Source of the DNA: an uncultured Ignavibacteriales bacterium
GTDB taxonomy: Bacteria; Zixibacteria; MSB-5A5; GN15; FEB-12
Assembly (NCBI GenBank): GCA_964544635.1
Contig: CAZJCK010000001.1
Location: forward strand, 31,384 to 95,383
Direction of reading: 5' to 3'
Length of the DNA: 64,000 nt
Shown piece after piece: positions 1 through 9,308 of this stretch (within the stretch, counting starts at the first letter, position 1; each line of letters begins with the position of its first letter). Made by a program: the position numbers and the translations under genes. A model generated the notes under the pieces. It did no database searches. It was not told where the DNA came from and saw nothing but the letters and a program-made list of their open reading frames with translations.

Positions 1-964
1 TTTCGGCCAGCGAGACTTTTTCGTAATGCAGGAAAATAGCCCCCATAACGGCGATTGGCAACAAATCGATCAAGTGCAGCGCCACAGCATACAGCACGGC
101 ATCTCCTCGCGGAATGGAAAATGCCGCCAGGGCGGTACTGACGGCCACTTCGAAGGTGCCGGCGTTACCCGGGGTAATCGGTACCATCAGGGCAATCGTA
201 TTGACAATCATCACCGCCACCGCCGCCACGAACGGCAGATCAAAACCGAACGACAATAACAGGAAGTACACCGACAAGGCATGAAACGTCCAGTTCAACA
301 AAGAATACGCCATCGTCTGCGCAAGATGCTGCGACGATTTCAGCATCTCGATCCCCTTGGTAAACGACCGGATAAATTTCTTGATACCGATATAAATGCC
401 CGGGCGATGTTCCCGAAACAGCTTGTGCCCCAACCGCTCCAGTTTTTCACGGTATTGAAGTATGAGGTATAGAAGGATGACGACAACCGTGATTATCGAC
501 GCCAGGATGATGCCGAGGCTGCGATACCGTTCCGGGAAAGCGAAACCGACCGAGATAATGAGCAACACCCCCATGAAACTGATGGCGTCAAAGAGTACTT
601 CCATTACAATGGTTGAAAAGACAAACGTTTTCCGCATGCCGGTATTGCGGGAAAACAGAAAGACCCTCCCCAACTGCCCGGTCAGCGCCGGCATGACGAT
701 ATTGAGAATCTGCCCCGCCGAGTACAGGGTGCAGGTATGCCACGCCTTGAACTTGACTTGCTGCATGACGATAAGCCGCCAGCGCAGCGCCTTGGTAATG
801 ATGAACCCGGCCGATGTCAGGATTGACAGGACCAGGTAGCCGACGTGGAGACGATGGGAGAGTTCGACGACGTGAACCCAGCGAACATCTTTCACGCAGT
901 AGGCTAAAAGAAGGACCGCCACGATGCCCAGCCAGAATTGCTTTTTCTTCCAGAACGTCGTCAT
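1..964 (-). CDS. Flippase-like / lysylphosphatidylglycerol-synthase-TM (UPF0104-type) integral membrane protein; C-terminus lies beyond base 1
   Basis: Not in the ORF track because there is no stop inside the window. Hand translation of the minus strand from ATG at 964 gives MTTFWKKKQFWLGIVAVLLLAYCVKDV... and stays open to base 1. It has repeated hydrophobic spans and the family-like segment LMVPITPGNAGTFEVAVSTALAAF (about bases 120-190). Family assigned from memory of the motif, not from a search. Confidence 0.55.
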   Translation of the reverse strand, partial: MTTFWKKKQFWLGIVAVLLLAYCVKDVRWVHVVELSHRLHVGYLVLSILTSAGFIITKALRWRLIVMQQVKFKAWHTCTLYSAGQILNIVMPALTGQLGRVFLFSRNTGMRKTFVFSTIVMEVLFDAISFMGVLLIISVGFAFPERYRSLGIILASIITVVVILLYLILQYREKLERLGHKLFREHRPGIYIGIKKFIRSFTKGIEMLKSSQHLAQTMAYSLLNWTFHALSVYFLLLSFGFDLPFVAAVAVMIVNTIALMVPITPGNAGTFEVAVSTALAAFSIPRGDAVLYAVALHLIDLLPIAVMGAIFLHYEKVSLAE

Positions 965-1095
965 AACGCCTTTCATGACAAGAGGATATTCGAGCCAAGA
1001 TAGAATCGGCTTACAATCGAGTCAAACAACAAATGGTTGATTGATGATGACGTGATAGTCAGTTGTCGGGCAACAAAATAGCCTGGGACGACAGC

Positions 1096-1857
1096 CTATA
1101 CGGTGGCCACCAGGTCTTTCTTGATCCAGCCCCGCCGATTGTTCTCGAAAATGACATCGTAATAGCCGCTGTCCTCCCCCAGTATCTCGACCACCAGGCC
1201 GGGCGCACCCTCCAGCTCGATGTCGGCACGTTCCGACGGTCCGGTGTGAACCGGCGCCTGTTCGGCCACGATCACGGCGCGACGGATGGCGTAGTCACGG
1301 TAGTATTTCCAGGTTGTCAGCGACGCCGAGGCAACCAGCAGCACCAGACTGACAATCGTGACAGTCCGTACCATGGTGGTCCGGTAGCCCAGGCCGTAAC
1401 GTCCGATCAACGCCACGACGAAGAGTACGAAAAGGGCCGACGCTATCCATCCGAGGGTAGCCAGGCGATAACTCCCCACCATCTGGTCGAGTAGCCCGGA
1501 GACTGGATTGAGCGGCACCCCGGCCATCTGCACTTGCGAGAACTGCCGGGCGAATTCGAGATTGTGACGGATATCAGGGTCCGACGGATCGAGGCGCTGT
1601 GCTTTCAGGTAGTTTAGTACAGCCCGGCCCAGATCGCCCTCTTTGAAGTAGGCGTTGGCCAGGTTAAAGTACAGCGGCGCCGATTCAATGCCACGCTCAA
1701 GAATCGATTCGTATAAGCGGACGGCGCTGGCATAGTCGCGCTCCTCATAGAACGTGTTAGCGGCCTGAAACTCTTCGTCAATATCCGCCGGCTGCGCCAC
1801 CACGGTGACGGCCGAAAACAGCAGGAGTCCAAGGACCAGCAACGCCAATTTACTCAA
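1096..1857 (-). CDS. batE: BatE-like protein (TPR repeats, TM segments, SH3-like C-terminus)
   Basis: TPR-like repeats (ANTFYEERDYASAVRLYE, YFNLANAYFKEGDLGRAVLNYLKAQRLDP), internal TM spans, and tail GYYDVIFENNRRGWIKKDLV. The track ORF starts at 1953, inside batD. I prefer TTG at 1857: GGAGG lies 6 nt upstream, the N-terminus becomes (M)SKLALLVLGLLLFSAVTVVAQP, and it overlaps the batD stop as TTGAGTAA. Confidence 0.7.
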   Translation of the reverse strand: MSKLALLVLGLLLFSAVTVVAQPADIDEEFQAANTFYEERDYASAVRLYESILERGIESAPLYFNLANAYFKEGDLGRAVLNYLKAQRLDPSDPDIRHNLEFARQFSQVQMAGVPLNPVSGLLDQMVGSYRLATLGWIASALFVLFVVALIGRYGLGYRTTMVRTVTIVSLVLLVASASLTTWKYYRDYAIRRAVIVAEQAPVHTGPSERADIELEGAPGLVVEILGEDSGYYDVIFENNRRGWIKKDLVATV

Positions 1858-3652
1858 ACCGTACCTCCTCGAGCTGCGCCATAATGTCTTCAGCCTCTGC
1901 CAGCGACTGGTTGATATCGGCATCGCCGACTGCCGACGGGGCGAAGCGGGCAAAGTCGGCCTTTTGCACCAGCGCCCTGATACGGTCCACCAGATCGGGA
2001 TGGGCGCCCTGGGCTTTCAGTAACTCGCCCACTCTGTCCGATGTCAGGCCGTGTGGCGAGATGTTCAGCTTATCGGCCACGAACGAATACATGGCACTGG
2101 ATACCTCGGCATAGAACGCCTGCGCCTGGGCCGGTGTCGCCAGCGATCGTGCTCTGGCCAGACGTTTCTTCGCCACCCGCATGGCAGCCCGCGAGCGGGC
2201 CAGGCCGCGGTCGGCGGCGAACTGCTCGCGTCGCTTCCGCACCACCACCAGGCCGGCCAGGATCGCCAGCGGCAGGCCGTTGACAATCAAGTACCTCGGC
2301 GACAACAGCAGAATATCTCCCCGCGACTGGGTGTCACCCAGTTCCGACTTGATATACCGGATCTCGCGGGCACTCGCGCCAATCGTCAGGTCCGGTGCCG
2401 CATACGGTACATCGCCCGACTCGACATACCCTTCCGGCTTGATCACGCGCAGCGAAATCGGACGCGTCTGAATCGTCTTGTACTCCTGCGACGCCGGATC
2501 GAAATAGTTGTATGTAATCGCCGGTATCGTTTGTTCGCCCGGACGTTTCGGTATGAAGACCTGCTCGAACACTTTCGAGCCGCCGATGATATCGTTCGCC
2601 TTGTTCAGACTCTCGTTGGTCGAGGCTCGGTAGACTCTGAAGTTCTCGTTTTCCGGAATGATCGGGTCGCCAAGTGACTTGATATTGCCCATCCCCTGCA
2701 ACCGGATCATCACCGACACCGGCTGGCTCAGCTCCACCTCCGACTTGTTCGCCGTCGCCGTAATCGAGTACTGGCCGACGCTGCCCGTAAAATCCTTCGG
2801 CTTGCCGGCAGTCGGCAGCGGCTTGACATCGATCGTCACGGGCCGGGTACTCGCCGATACATCCACTCCGCGCCCGAAGAAGTTGCCGAAGGCGTCAAAC
2901 GGATCGCGCGACTGCCGCTGGCGTGTCGCGATGGTCGCATTGATCGTCGCCCTGCCGATGGTCAGCTCACCGGTTTGCGTGGGGAACAAGGCATACTTGC
3001 GCTCGATGACTTTGTACGTTCGGTTGTTGATCTTCTGGAAGTATGGCGCCTTATTGCCCAGCAGTTCGGTCCAGAACCCGGTCGTGCTTGGCTCGGCCAG
3101 TTCCGGCGAACCGTAGTACTGCACGGCAATGAGAAACTTGAGCGTGAGTGTCACCTGCTCGCCGACATACGGCCGCTGCTTGTCTATCTCCGCCTCGAAA
3201 AAGTAATCGCGGTTGTTCCCATCCGAATCCTGCGCCTGCGACTCAAGGCGGTCATCCGCCGTCTGACCCCGGTTCAGCACCGTCAGGTCGACCCGGTTCC
3301 CCTTGTAACGCTGGTTGTTGTAGACCACCGAGATCTGGTCGATTGGAAAGGTGCCGGCCTTCTTCGGAAACAGCAGGTAGCGATAGTTCACCGAGGCACT
3401 CACCTGGCCATTGATGATCTGGATGTTGCTCGAACGCCCCTGCGAATAGACTTCGAACGACGGCAGCGTGGGGAGGTCCGGCCGCGGCAGATTCTGGTCC
3501 GGCCCACTCACTTCCACCTGCAGCGTCGCCTGCTCGTTCAGGCCGATCGTATCCCGGTCCAGCGACACATTGACTCCCACCCGGCCGGTCTGCTGGGCCG
3601 ACACACCGGCTGCGGTCATCAGGAGCATGAGTATGATCACAAGCCGTCGCAT
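1850..3652 (-). CDS. batD: BatD-like oxygen-tolerance protein (secreted ectodomain + TM + cytoplasmic tail)
   Basis: Signal peptide MRRLVIILMLLMTAAGVSAQQ, a long beta-rich ectodomain, TM LIVNGLPLAILAGLVVV followed by RKRR, and a helical tail with KADFARFAP. Size and position after batA-batB-batC match BatD. Confidence 0.75.
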   Translation of the reverse strand: MRRLVIILMLLMTAAGVSAQQTGRVGVNVSLDRDTIGLNEQATLQVEVSGPDQNLPRPDLPTLPSFEVYSQGRSSNIQIINGQVSASVNYRYLLFPKKAGTFPIDQISVVYNNQRYKGNRVDLTVLNRGQTADDRLESQAQDSDGNNRDYFFEAEIDKQRPYVGEQVTLTLKFLIAVQYYGSPELAEPSTTGFWTELLGNKAPYFQKINNRTYKVIERKYALFPTQTGELTIGRATINATIATRQRQSRDPFDAFGNFFGRGVDVSASTRPVTIDVKPLPTAGKPKDFTGSVGQYSITATANKSEVELSQPVSVMIRLQGMGNIKSLGDPIIPENENFRVYRASTNESLNKANDIIGGSKVFEQVFIPKRPGEQTIPAITYNYFDPASQEYKTIQTRPISLRVIKPEGYVESGDVPYAAPDLTIGASAREIRYIKSELGDTQSRGDILLLSPRYLIVNGLPLAILAGLVVVRKRREQFAADRGLARSRAAMRVAKKRLARARSLATPAQAQAFYAEVSSAMYSFVADKLNISPHGLTSDRVGELLKAQGAHPDLVDRIRALVQKADFARFAPSAVGDADINQSLAEAEDIMAQLEEVRFE

Positions 3653-3655
3653 CCC

Positions 3656-4459
3656 TTACCAGTCCTTGCCGGTGTAGCCGCCACCACGGACATCGCGGCG
3701 GATCTGTTTCTGGATTTCACGCTCGTCATCCTTGAGGGCGTTGAGGATACGTTCGGCGTCTTCCTGTGACATCTTCTGCGGCTCCTGCATCTGCTGCTGC
3801 TGTTCTTGTTGCTGCTGCTGGTCCTTGTCTTCTTCCTGCTCGCCGCCCTGTTGCTGTTGTTCCTGCTGCTGTTGTTCTTCCTGCTGTTGCTGCTCTTGTT
3901 GCTGCTGCTGCTGTTCTTCCTTCTTCTGTTCTTCCTCTTCCTTCTTCTGCTGTTCCGGCTGCTGCTGTTGTTGCTGTTGCTCCGGCTTCATCTGGTCTTT
4001 CAGCAGCTTGCGCGCCAGTTCGAGATTGTACTTGGCGTCCATGTCGCCGGGATTGAGTTTGAGCACTTCCTCGTACTGAGTGATGGCGCTCTGGTATTCC
4101 TTCATCGCCGAATAGGTGTTGCCCAGGTTGTAATGGGCCTTTGCCTGCAAGTCGGCATCGGGGGCATTCAGTGCTTTCTGGTAGAGATCCATCGCCTGCT
4201 CATATTCCCCCCGCTGGAAGTACGCCCCCGCCATGTTGTACTGCAACTGCGGCGACTCCGGGATATCCGTCTCGGCATCATGGTATGCCTCCAGCGCCCC
4301 GTCATAGTCGTTTTGCTGAAACGCCTGGTTGCCTTCACGCACCTTATCGACATAGTTCTGCGCCGTCACACTCGAACCAATAACGAAGGTGAGCAGCAAC
4401 AGGAGAAGCGTCGGCGCCAGGTCAGGCCACCGCTTTGTCAGATGTTGTCGGGACATCAC
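3656..4459 (-). CDS. batC: BatC-like TPR protein with Gln/Glu-rich low-complexity tail
   Basis: N-terminal anchor LAPTLLLLLLTFVIGSSV and TPR repeats (YNMAGAYFQRGEYEQAMDLYQKAL, HYNLGNTYSAMKEYQSAITQYEEVLKLNP), then about 70 aa of Q/E/K. The track start is GTG 4459; ATG at 4456 is equally possible. Overlaps the batB 3' end. Confidence 0.7.
   Translation of the reverse strand: MMSRQHLTKRWPDLAPTLLLLLLTFVIGSSVTAQNYVDKVREGNQAFQQNDYDGALEAYHDAETDIPESPQLQYNMAGAYFQRGEYEQAMDLYQKALNAPDADLQAKAHYNLGNTYSAMKEYQSAITQYEEVLKLNPGDMDAKYNLELARKLLKDQMKPEQQQQQQQPEQQKKEEEEQKKEEQQQQQQEQQQQEEQQQQEQQQQGGEQEEDKDQQQQQEQQQQMQEPQKMSQEDAERILNALKDDEREIQKQIRRDVRGGGYTGKDW
3773..3988. repeat. Low-complexity CAG/CAA/GAA-type coding tract (poly-Q/E region of batC)
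   Basis: The DNA is runs of ctgctgctgttg / cttcttcc units. Translation is KPEQQQQQQQPEQQKKEEEEQKKEEQQQQQQEQQQQEEQQQQEQQQQGGEQEEDKDQQQQQEQQQQMQEPQK. The opposite strand gives the Cys/Leu-run shadow ORFs seen in the track. Confidence 0.85.
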
Positions 4460-5465
4460 GAACCTTTACCTTCCGTCGTTCCGAGATGAAAAACTCAAGC
4501 ACAATCAACAGCAGCGCGAACAGCAGCGGCCACTGGTACCGATCGTCATATCGCGTCACCAGCGTGCCTTCCAGCTCCTTGCGCTCCAGCTGCGAAATCT
4601 CTTCAAAAATCCGGTCCAGTTCCATTTCCCCGGCGGTGGCGTTGTAAAACTTTCCGCCGGTGGTCAGCGATACCTTTTGCAGTGTCTCGGCATCGAGCCG
4701 CGACACAATAACCTCACCATTCGAGTCCTTCTTAAACCCGACCTGATTACCATTACGATCAAATACCGGGATCGGTTCACCCGAAATGGAGCCGATTCCA
4801 ACGGTGTAAATTTTCACCCCCTGCCGCCGTGCCTCTTCGGCCGTCTCGATCGCCTGGCCGCCGTGATCCTCGCCATCGGTGAGCAGCAGCAGGACCTTGT
4901 GTTTACGCTCCTGCTGGTCGTACATTCGTACCGCCGTCTCAATGGCCGTGCGCAGCGACGTCCCCTGCACCGACACCGAGTTCTGGTCCATCGCCGTCAG
5001 CATGAACCGGGCCGCCGAATAGTCGAGGCTCAGCGGCATCTGGGTAAAGGCCTCGCCGGCAAACGCCACCAGACCGATGCGGTCACCCTGCAGTCGGTCG
5101 ACGATGCCGCGCAGTTCCTGCTTGGCTTTCTCGAGGCGGTTCGGCTTCATGTCGCGGGCCAACATCGAGGTCGATACATCCAGTGCCACCACGATATCCA
5201 GTCCCTCACGCTTGAGCACTTCCTGGTGGGTGCCGAATTGAATCCGCGCCAGCGCCAGGGTGACAAAGCCCATCGCGACCAGGATCAGTATCGCCTTGCC
5301 GGCCTGCCGGGCGAATGAAATGTATGGCGCGTTCTTCATGATCAGTGGCACATCGCCGAACCGCGCCAATAAGCGCTTCTTGCGGGCGATCGCCACCCAG
5401 ACGAATACCGCCAGCACCACCACCAGCACAAAGATCAGAAAATTTGTCGGTTCCGCAAAACGCAT
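4422..5465 (-). CDS. batB: BatB-like von Willebrand factor A domain membrane protein
   Basis: N-terminal TM helices, VWA MIDAS motif DIVVALDVSTSM, LLLLTDGEDHGG, and C-terminal TM WPLLFALLLIVLEFFI. Located directly after batA. Confidence 0.8.
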   Translation of the reverse strand: MRFAEPTNFLIFVLVVVLAVFVWVAIARKKRLLARFGDVPLIMKNAPYISFARQAGKAILILVAMGFVTLALARIQFGTHQEVLKREGLDIVVALDVSTSMLARDMKPNRLEKAKQELRGIVDRLQGDRIGLVAFAGEAFTQMPLSLDYSAARFMLTAMDQNSVSVQGTSLRTAIETAVRMYDQQERKHKVLLLLTDGEDHGGQAIETAEEARRQGVKIYTVGIGSISGEPIPVFDRNGNQVGFKKDSNGEVIVSRLDAETLQKVSLTTGGKFYNATAGEMELDRIFEEISQLERKELEGTLVTRYDDRYQWPLLFALLLIVLEFFISERRKVKVRDVPTTSDKAVA

Positions 5466-5475
5466 CGCTTAGTCC

Positions 5476-6519
5476 TTACGGCAGCTTCTGAAAGTAGGTG
5501 TTGGCCAGCAGCAACTCGAGCACCAGGAACGCCAGGCCGAGCCAGGTGAAATAATGAAACAGCTCTTTGTAGCGAACGTGCGACGCAATCTCGATTTCGG
5601 TCTTCTCCAGTTGATCGATCAGCGCATAAATCTCCTCCAGCTCTTCCCCGGATCGCGCCCGGAAATACTCGCCTTCGGTTCGGCCGGCGATTTCCTTCAA
5701 CGTTTCTTCATCGATCTTGGTCGGCTGATAAACATACCGCTTGCCGAAGATCGGATCCTGCACCGGGAACATGGCATTCCCCGGCTTGCCCACGCCGATC
5801 GTGTACACCTTGATATCAAACGCCGCCGCCAGATTGGCCGCTGTCACCGGGTCGATCTCGCCGGCATTGTTGTCACCGTCGGTAAGCAGGACGATCACTT
5901 TCGATTCGCTCTCGCTGTCGCGCAGGCGGTTGACGGCGTTGGCCAGCGCCATACCGATCGCCGTACCGTCCTCGACCATCCCAAAGCTGACCTGGTCGAC
6001 GAATCCGAGCAACACGTCGTAGTCGGTGGTGAGCGGACACTGCGTAAAGGCATACCGCGCGAACACCACCAGGCCGATGCGGTCGTTCACGCGTCGCTCA
6101 ATGAATTTCTTAATCTCTTCCTTGGCGACATACAGGCGGTTGTGGGGCTTGAAGTCCTCCGCCTGCATTGACGACGAAATATCGAGCGCCAGCATGATGT
6201 CGATACCTTCCGACGTCACCTCCTCATACTCCGTTCCCGATCGCGGTCGGGCAAACGCCACCACCAGCAGCATGATAGCCAGTACCCGGAACAACAGCAG
6301 GAGGAAACGGAAGCGCTGGCGACTTGTCCGGGCGGCACGGCGCACGATGCGTATATCCGAATACTTGATCGAGGCCGAGCGGAAACGACGGTATCGCAGG
6401 TAGTACCACAGCAGCACGAAGATGATCATGCCGCCGAGCATGAAGATCGCCCACGCCGGAATGGTCGCTTCTATAGCGCCAAGGTTGATATTGAAGCCGG
6501 CAAACTCGATGTTTCTCAT
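5476..6519 (-). CDS. batA: BatA-like von Willebrand factor A domain membrane protein
   Basis: Two N-terminal TM helices, MIDAS DIMLALDISSSM, VIVLLTDGDNNAG, and C-terminal TM FTWLGLAFLVLELLL. Has a 4-nt overlap with the upstream gene. Confidence 0.8.
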   Translation of the reverse strand: MRNIEFAGFNINLGAIEATIPAWAIFMLGGMIIFVLLWYYLRYRRFRSASIKYSDIRIVRRAARTSRQRFRFLLLLFRVLAIMLLVVAFARPRSGTEYEEVTSEGIDIMLALDISSSMQAEDFKPHNRLYVAKEEIKKFIERRVNDRIGLVVFARYAFTQCPLTTDYDVLLGFVDQVSFGMVEDGTAIGMALANAVNRLRDSESESKVIVLLTDGDNNAGEIDPVTAANLAAAFDIKVYTIGVGKPGNAMFPVQDPIFGKRYVYQPTKIDEETLKEIAGRTEGEYFRARSGEELEEIYALIDQLEKTEIEIASHVRYKELFHYFTWLGLAFLVLELLLANTYFQKLP

Positions 6520-7535
6520 CGCGCCGCCTCCACCTTTTCGCTGCGTTTCTGTTGCTGACGCCGCTTTTCTTCTTCCTGACGCCTGACATATTCGGCGCGC
6601 ACGGTTTCAATGATGGCGTGGGCCTCTTCGAGGTCGGCCGACGGCCGCCCTTCTTTTGGCTCCAGCCGCGCAAACTTGACCAGGTCGGCATGATTGAACA
6701 ACGTCATCGCTCGATCAAACACGCCCTCCGGCATTGGCATCTCATCAAACCGCTCACGGAACTCTGTGGTCGTCATGTCGAGTACATTGACGCCGTACAT
6801 CCGCCCCAGGAAGTCGCGCGTGATCTCGGTCAGTTCGAAGTAGTACTGGCGATATTCCTTGTCGGCGACATACGACTTCTGCTGCAGGTGGGCCAGCTTC
6901 TCGAAGGCGATCTCCCACGGCGGCCGCAGGTCGATTTCATCGCCATGATCGCGACGCTTCCTGATCTGCCACCAGATCAAGCCGGCCGACAACAACAGCA
7001 GCGCCAGGCCGATCCCGCCCCAGACGTAGTAGCGTGTGATGTCGCGCTCGAACTCATATTGCGCTTTGAGTGGACGGAACGCCGAGGAATCCGCGCCCTC
7101 CGCCAGCAGCGACTCGATCTTGATCGGCACCGCCTCCGACATCAACACCTTCCGCTCGCCATCCGGCAATTGAAATTGTATCGGTAGCGGCGGTATCATG
7201 TACTGCCCGGTGGTGAAGGTCGAGAGCTTGAACGTATTCTCGCTCTTGAGTCGTCCACCGTCAATCCTGCTGATACGATCGGTCTCGTAATCTTTGACGT
7301 CAAACGCCCCCAGGTTCGCGCCCAGCGGCGGCGGTACCAGTTCGTAGGTCGAATCGTACGCAATCGTCAGCGTGTACGTAATCAAATCGCCCACATACGC
7401 CTCGGCCCGATCGACCGCCGTCGTGATCTCGATTCCCGGCAGGCTTGATACCGTATCGATCCCCTCCCGGGCCGCGACCGCCGGCGCACACCACAGGACG
7501 ATTGCGAGTACAACTATGTACCTGCGTGCATTCAC
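6516..7535 (-). CDS. Short BatD-like protein (Ig-like ectodomain + TM + DUF4381-like cytoplasmic domain)
   Basis: Signal peptide, ectodomain VGDLITYTLTIAYDSTYELVPPPLG...QYMIPPLPIQFQLPDGE, TM YYVWGGIGLALLLLSAGLIWWQI + RKRR, and a tail with ADLVKFARLEP that resembles the BatD tail KADFARFAP. Confidence 0.5.
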   Translation of the reverse strand: MNARRYIVVLAIVLWCAPAVAAREGIDTVSSLPGIEITTAVDRAEAYVGDLITYTLTIAYDSTYELVPPPLGANLGAFDVKDYETDRISRIDGGRLKSENTFKLSTFTTGQYMIPPLPIQFQLPDGERKVLMSEAVPIKIESLLAEGADSSAFRPLKAQYEFERDITRYYVWGGIGLALLLLSAGLIWWQIRKRRDHGDEIDLRPPWEIAFEKLAHLQQKSYVADKEYRQYYFELTEITRDFLGRMYGVNVLDMTTTEFRERFDEMPMPEGVFDRAMTLFNHADLVKFARLEPKEGRPSADLEEAHAIIETVRAEYVRRQEEEKRRQQQKRSEKVEAAR

Positions 7536-7540
7536 TCAAG

Positions 7541-8428
7541 CTACTCCATATTAGTCTCGAACAGTTCGACCTGTTCGACTTCGGCCAATTCCGCGATGTA
7601 GTCGCTGTACGCCCGCTCCGCTTTTTGCGACTGATAATCAAGAAACACCTGCGCCTGCACCGAGTCGTACGGCATGCCGTGGTAGCGCGCATCCCGGTTG
7701 GCGGCATAAAAGTTGTACACATCACTGCTGTCGAACTGCACTTGGGGCATGATATGTTCACGGACATACTGTTCGACGACCAGTTGCTTGCGGGCACGCT
7801 CCATCTGGCGGGTGATCTCCGGCGACTGGTCGATCTGCTCGCGTTGGGCGGCGCGATAGATCAGTTCCACCGCCACATAGTTCTGCAGGAACTTCTTGCG
7901 TGCTTCCGGATCACTGAACTGCTTTTGGGCCTGGGGCGGGAGCGTCTGAATCTCGCGCTCCACGTCCTGACGCCAGATCGTTTCATCACCAATCCTCGCC
8001 ACCGGCACCTCACCCTGGGCGGCGGTGTCGGCCTCGATGTTGGTTGCACGGTCGAGTTGACGCCGCGCGTCGAGACTCCGCCCCATCCGCTCGAGACAGG
8101 TAATCAGGTTGCGCGAGAGCTCGGTCGAAAAGCCGGCATCGGGATCGAGCGCTCGCGCCCGCACATAGTGCGCCGCAGCATCCTCATACGCCTGCACATC
8201 CTCGAAGTAGATTCGGCCGATCAGGTAGTTGATGTTGGCCCGCTCCTGGTCGGTCAACTGCGGCGACTCGAGCACTTTCTCATACTCTTCCACCGCAGCG
8301 CCGTACAGGCGGTTGTCGCGCAACTCACCGGCCAGCTTCTTGTGCCGCTCGACATTCACGCCTGGCTGCGACTGACAGCCCGTAAACAGCGCCAGGACGA
8401 GTACGAAAGCTGCAAACCGTACCATCAC
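7541..8428 (-). CDS. Lipoprotein with TPR-like N-half and SurA-N/PpiD-like chaperone C-half
   Basis: Lipobox LALFTGC. TPR-like YGAAVEEYEKVLES...YLIGRIYFEDVQAYEDAAAHYVRARALDP. The C-half VARIGDETIWRQDVEREIQTLPPQAQKQF...FLQNYVAVELIYRAAQ resembles SurA N-terminal chaperone domains. ATGA overlap with the DUF58 gene. Confidence 0.45.
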   Translation of the reverse strand: MMVRFAAFVLVLALFTGCQSQPGVNVERHKKLAGELRDNRLYGAAVEEYEKVLESPQLTDQERANINYLIGRIYFEDVQAYEDAAAHYVRARALDPDAGFSTELSRNLITCLERMGRSLDARRQLDRATNIEADTAAQGEVPVARIGDETIWRQDVEREIQTLPPQAQKQFSDPEARKKFLQNYVAVELIYRAAQREQIDQSPEITRQMERARKQLVVEQYVREHIMPQVQFDSSDVYNFYAANRDARYHGMPYDSVQAQVFLDYQSQKAERAYSDYIAELAEVEQVELFETNME

Positions 8429-9300
8429 AACCGTCTTTCCCGTACCTTGAAAAAGTTCACCAGCGGCGTGATATATGATTCATCGGTCCTGATACTGACA
8501 AAATCCAGGTCGATCAACTGGAAACCGCGCTTCAGTTGCGTGGCATCCTCTTCGGCCCGTGCCGCGAACTCGCGACGGAAGGCTTTCGACGAGGTGTCGA
8601 TCACGAACACTTCACCCGTCTCGGCGTCCTCCAGCTCGATCAGGCCGACATTCTCGAAAGTCGCCTCTCGCGGATCGGTGATTTTTACCGCGATGACATC
8701 ATGCTTGCGGTTTGCTATCTGCAACGGCTTGTAAAAATCTTCACTCAGGAAATCGGAAATGAGAAACACCACCGACTTGCGCTTGATGACCCGGTTGAAG
8801 TACTCCATGGCGCCGCCGATGTCGGTTCGCTGCCCCGCCGGCTTGAAATACAGGATTTCGCGGATAATCCGCAGCACATGGCCGCGTCCCTTCTGCGGCG
8901 GCACGAATTTCTCGACCTGGTCAGTGAAGATAATCAGCCCGACCTTGTCGTTATTCTTGATCGCAGAAAAGGCCAGGACCGCCGCCAGTTCAGCGGCCGT
9001 CTCGCTCTTGAAACGCTCCTTCGTACCGAAGCGCCCTGACGACGATGCATCGACCATCAGCACCACTGACAGTTCACGTTCCTCGCGAAACTTTTTTATG
9101 AACGGAAACCCCTGTCGAGCGGTTACATTCCAGTCGATCAGGCGGATGTCGTCCCCCGGCGTATACTCACGCACCTCCTCGAACTCCATCCCCTGGCCCT
9201 TGAAGGTCGAGTGGTATTCGCCGCTGAACAGGTCATTGACCAGCCGCTTGGTACGAATTTCAATCCGTCGTATCTGCTTGAATATCTCGCGCGGTATCAT
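8425..9300 (-). CDS. DUF58 family protein (MoxR partner)
   Basis: Signature GMEFEEVREYTPGDDIRLIDWNVTAR and a VWA-like VVLMVDASSSGRFG. Immediately downstream of moxR. Confidence 0.85.
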   Translation of the reverse strand: MIPREIFKQIRRIEIRTKRLVNDLFSGEYHSTFKGQGMEFEEVREYTPGDDIRLIDWNVTARQGFPFIKKFREERELSVVLMVDASSSGRFGTKERFKSETAAELAAVLAFSAIKNNDKVGLIIFTDQVEKFVPPQKGRGHVLRIIREILYFKPAGQRTDIGGAMEYFNRVIKRKSVVFLISDFLSEDFYKPLQIANRKHDVIAVKITDPREATFENVGLIELEDAETGEVFVIDTSSKAFRREFAARAEEDATQLKRGFQLIDLDFVSIRTDESYITPLVNFFKVRERRL

Positions 9301-9308
9301 ACTGTCGC

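Noticed and set aside
462-998. Track ORFs 462..839 (+) and 588..998 (-) as candidate genes at the left edge
   Set aside because: Both are out of frame with, and fully overlapped by, the better-supported minus-strand membrane-protein frame. That frame runs from ATG 964 to beyond base 1 and is missed by the track because it lacks a stop in the window.
3732-4489. Plus-strand ORFs made of Cys, Leu or Ala runs (3732..4079, 3766..4056, 3806..4489)
   Set aside because: They are the reverse-complement reading of the batC poly-Q/E codon tract. No start context, and the composition is not protein-like.
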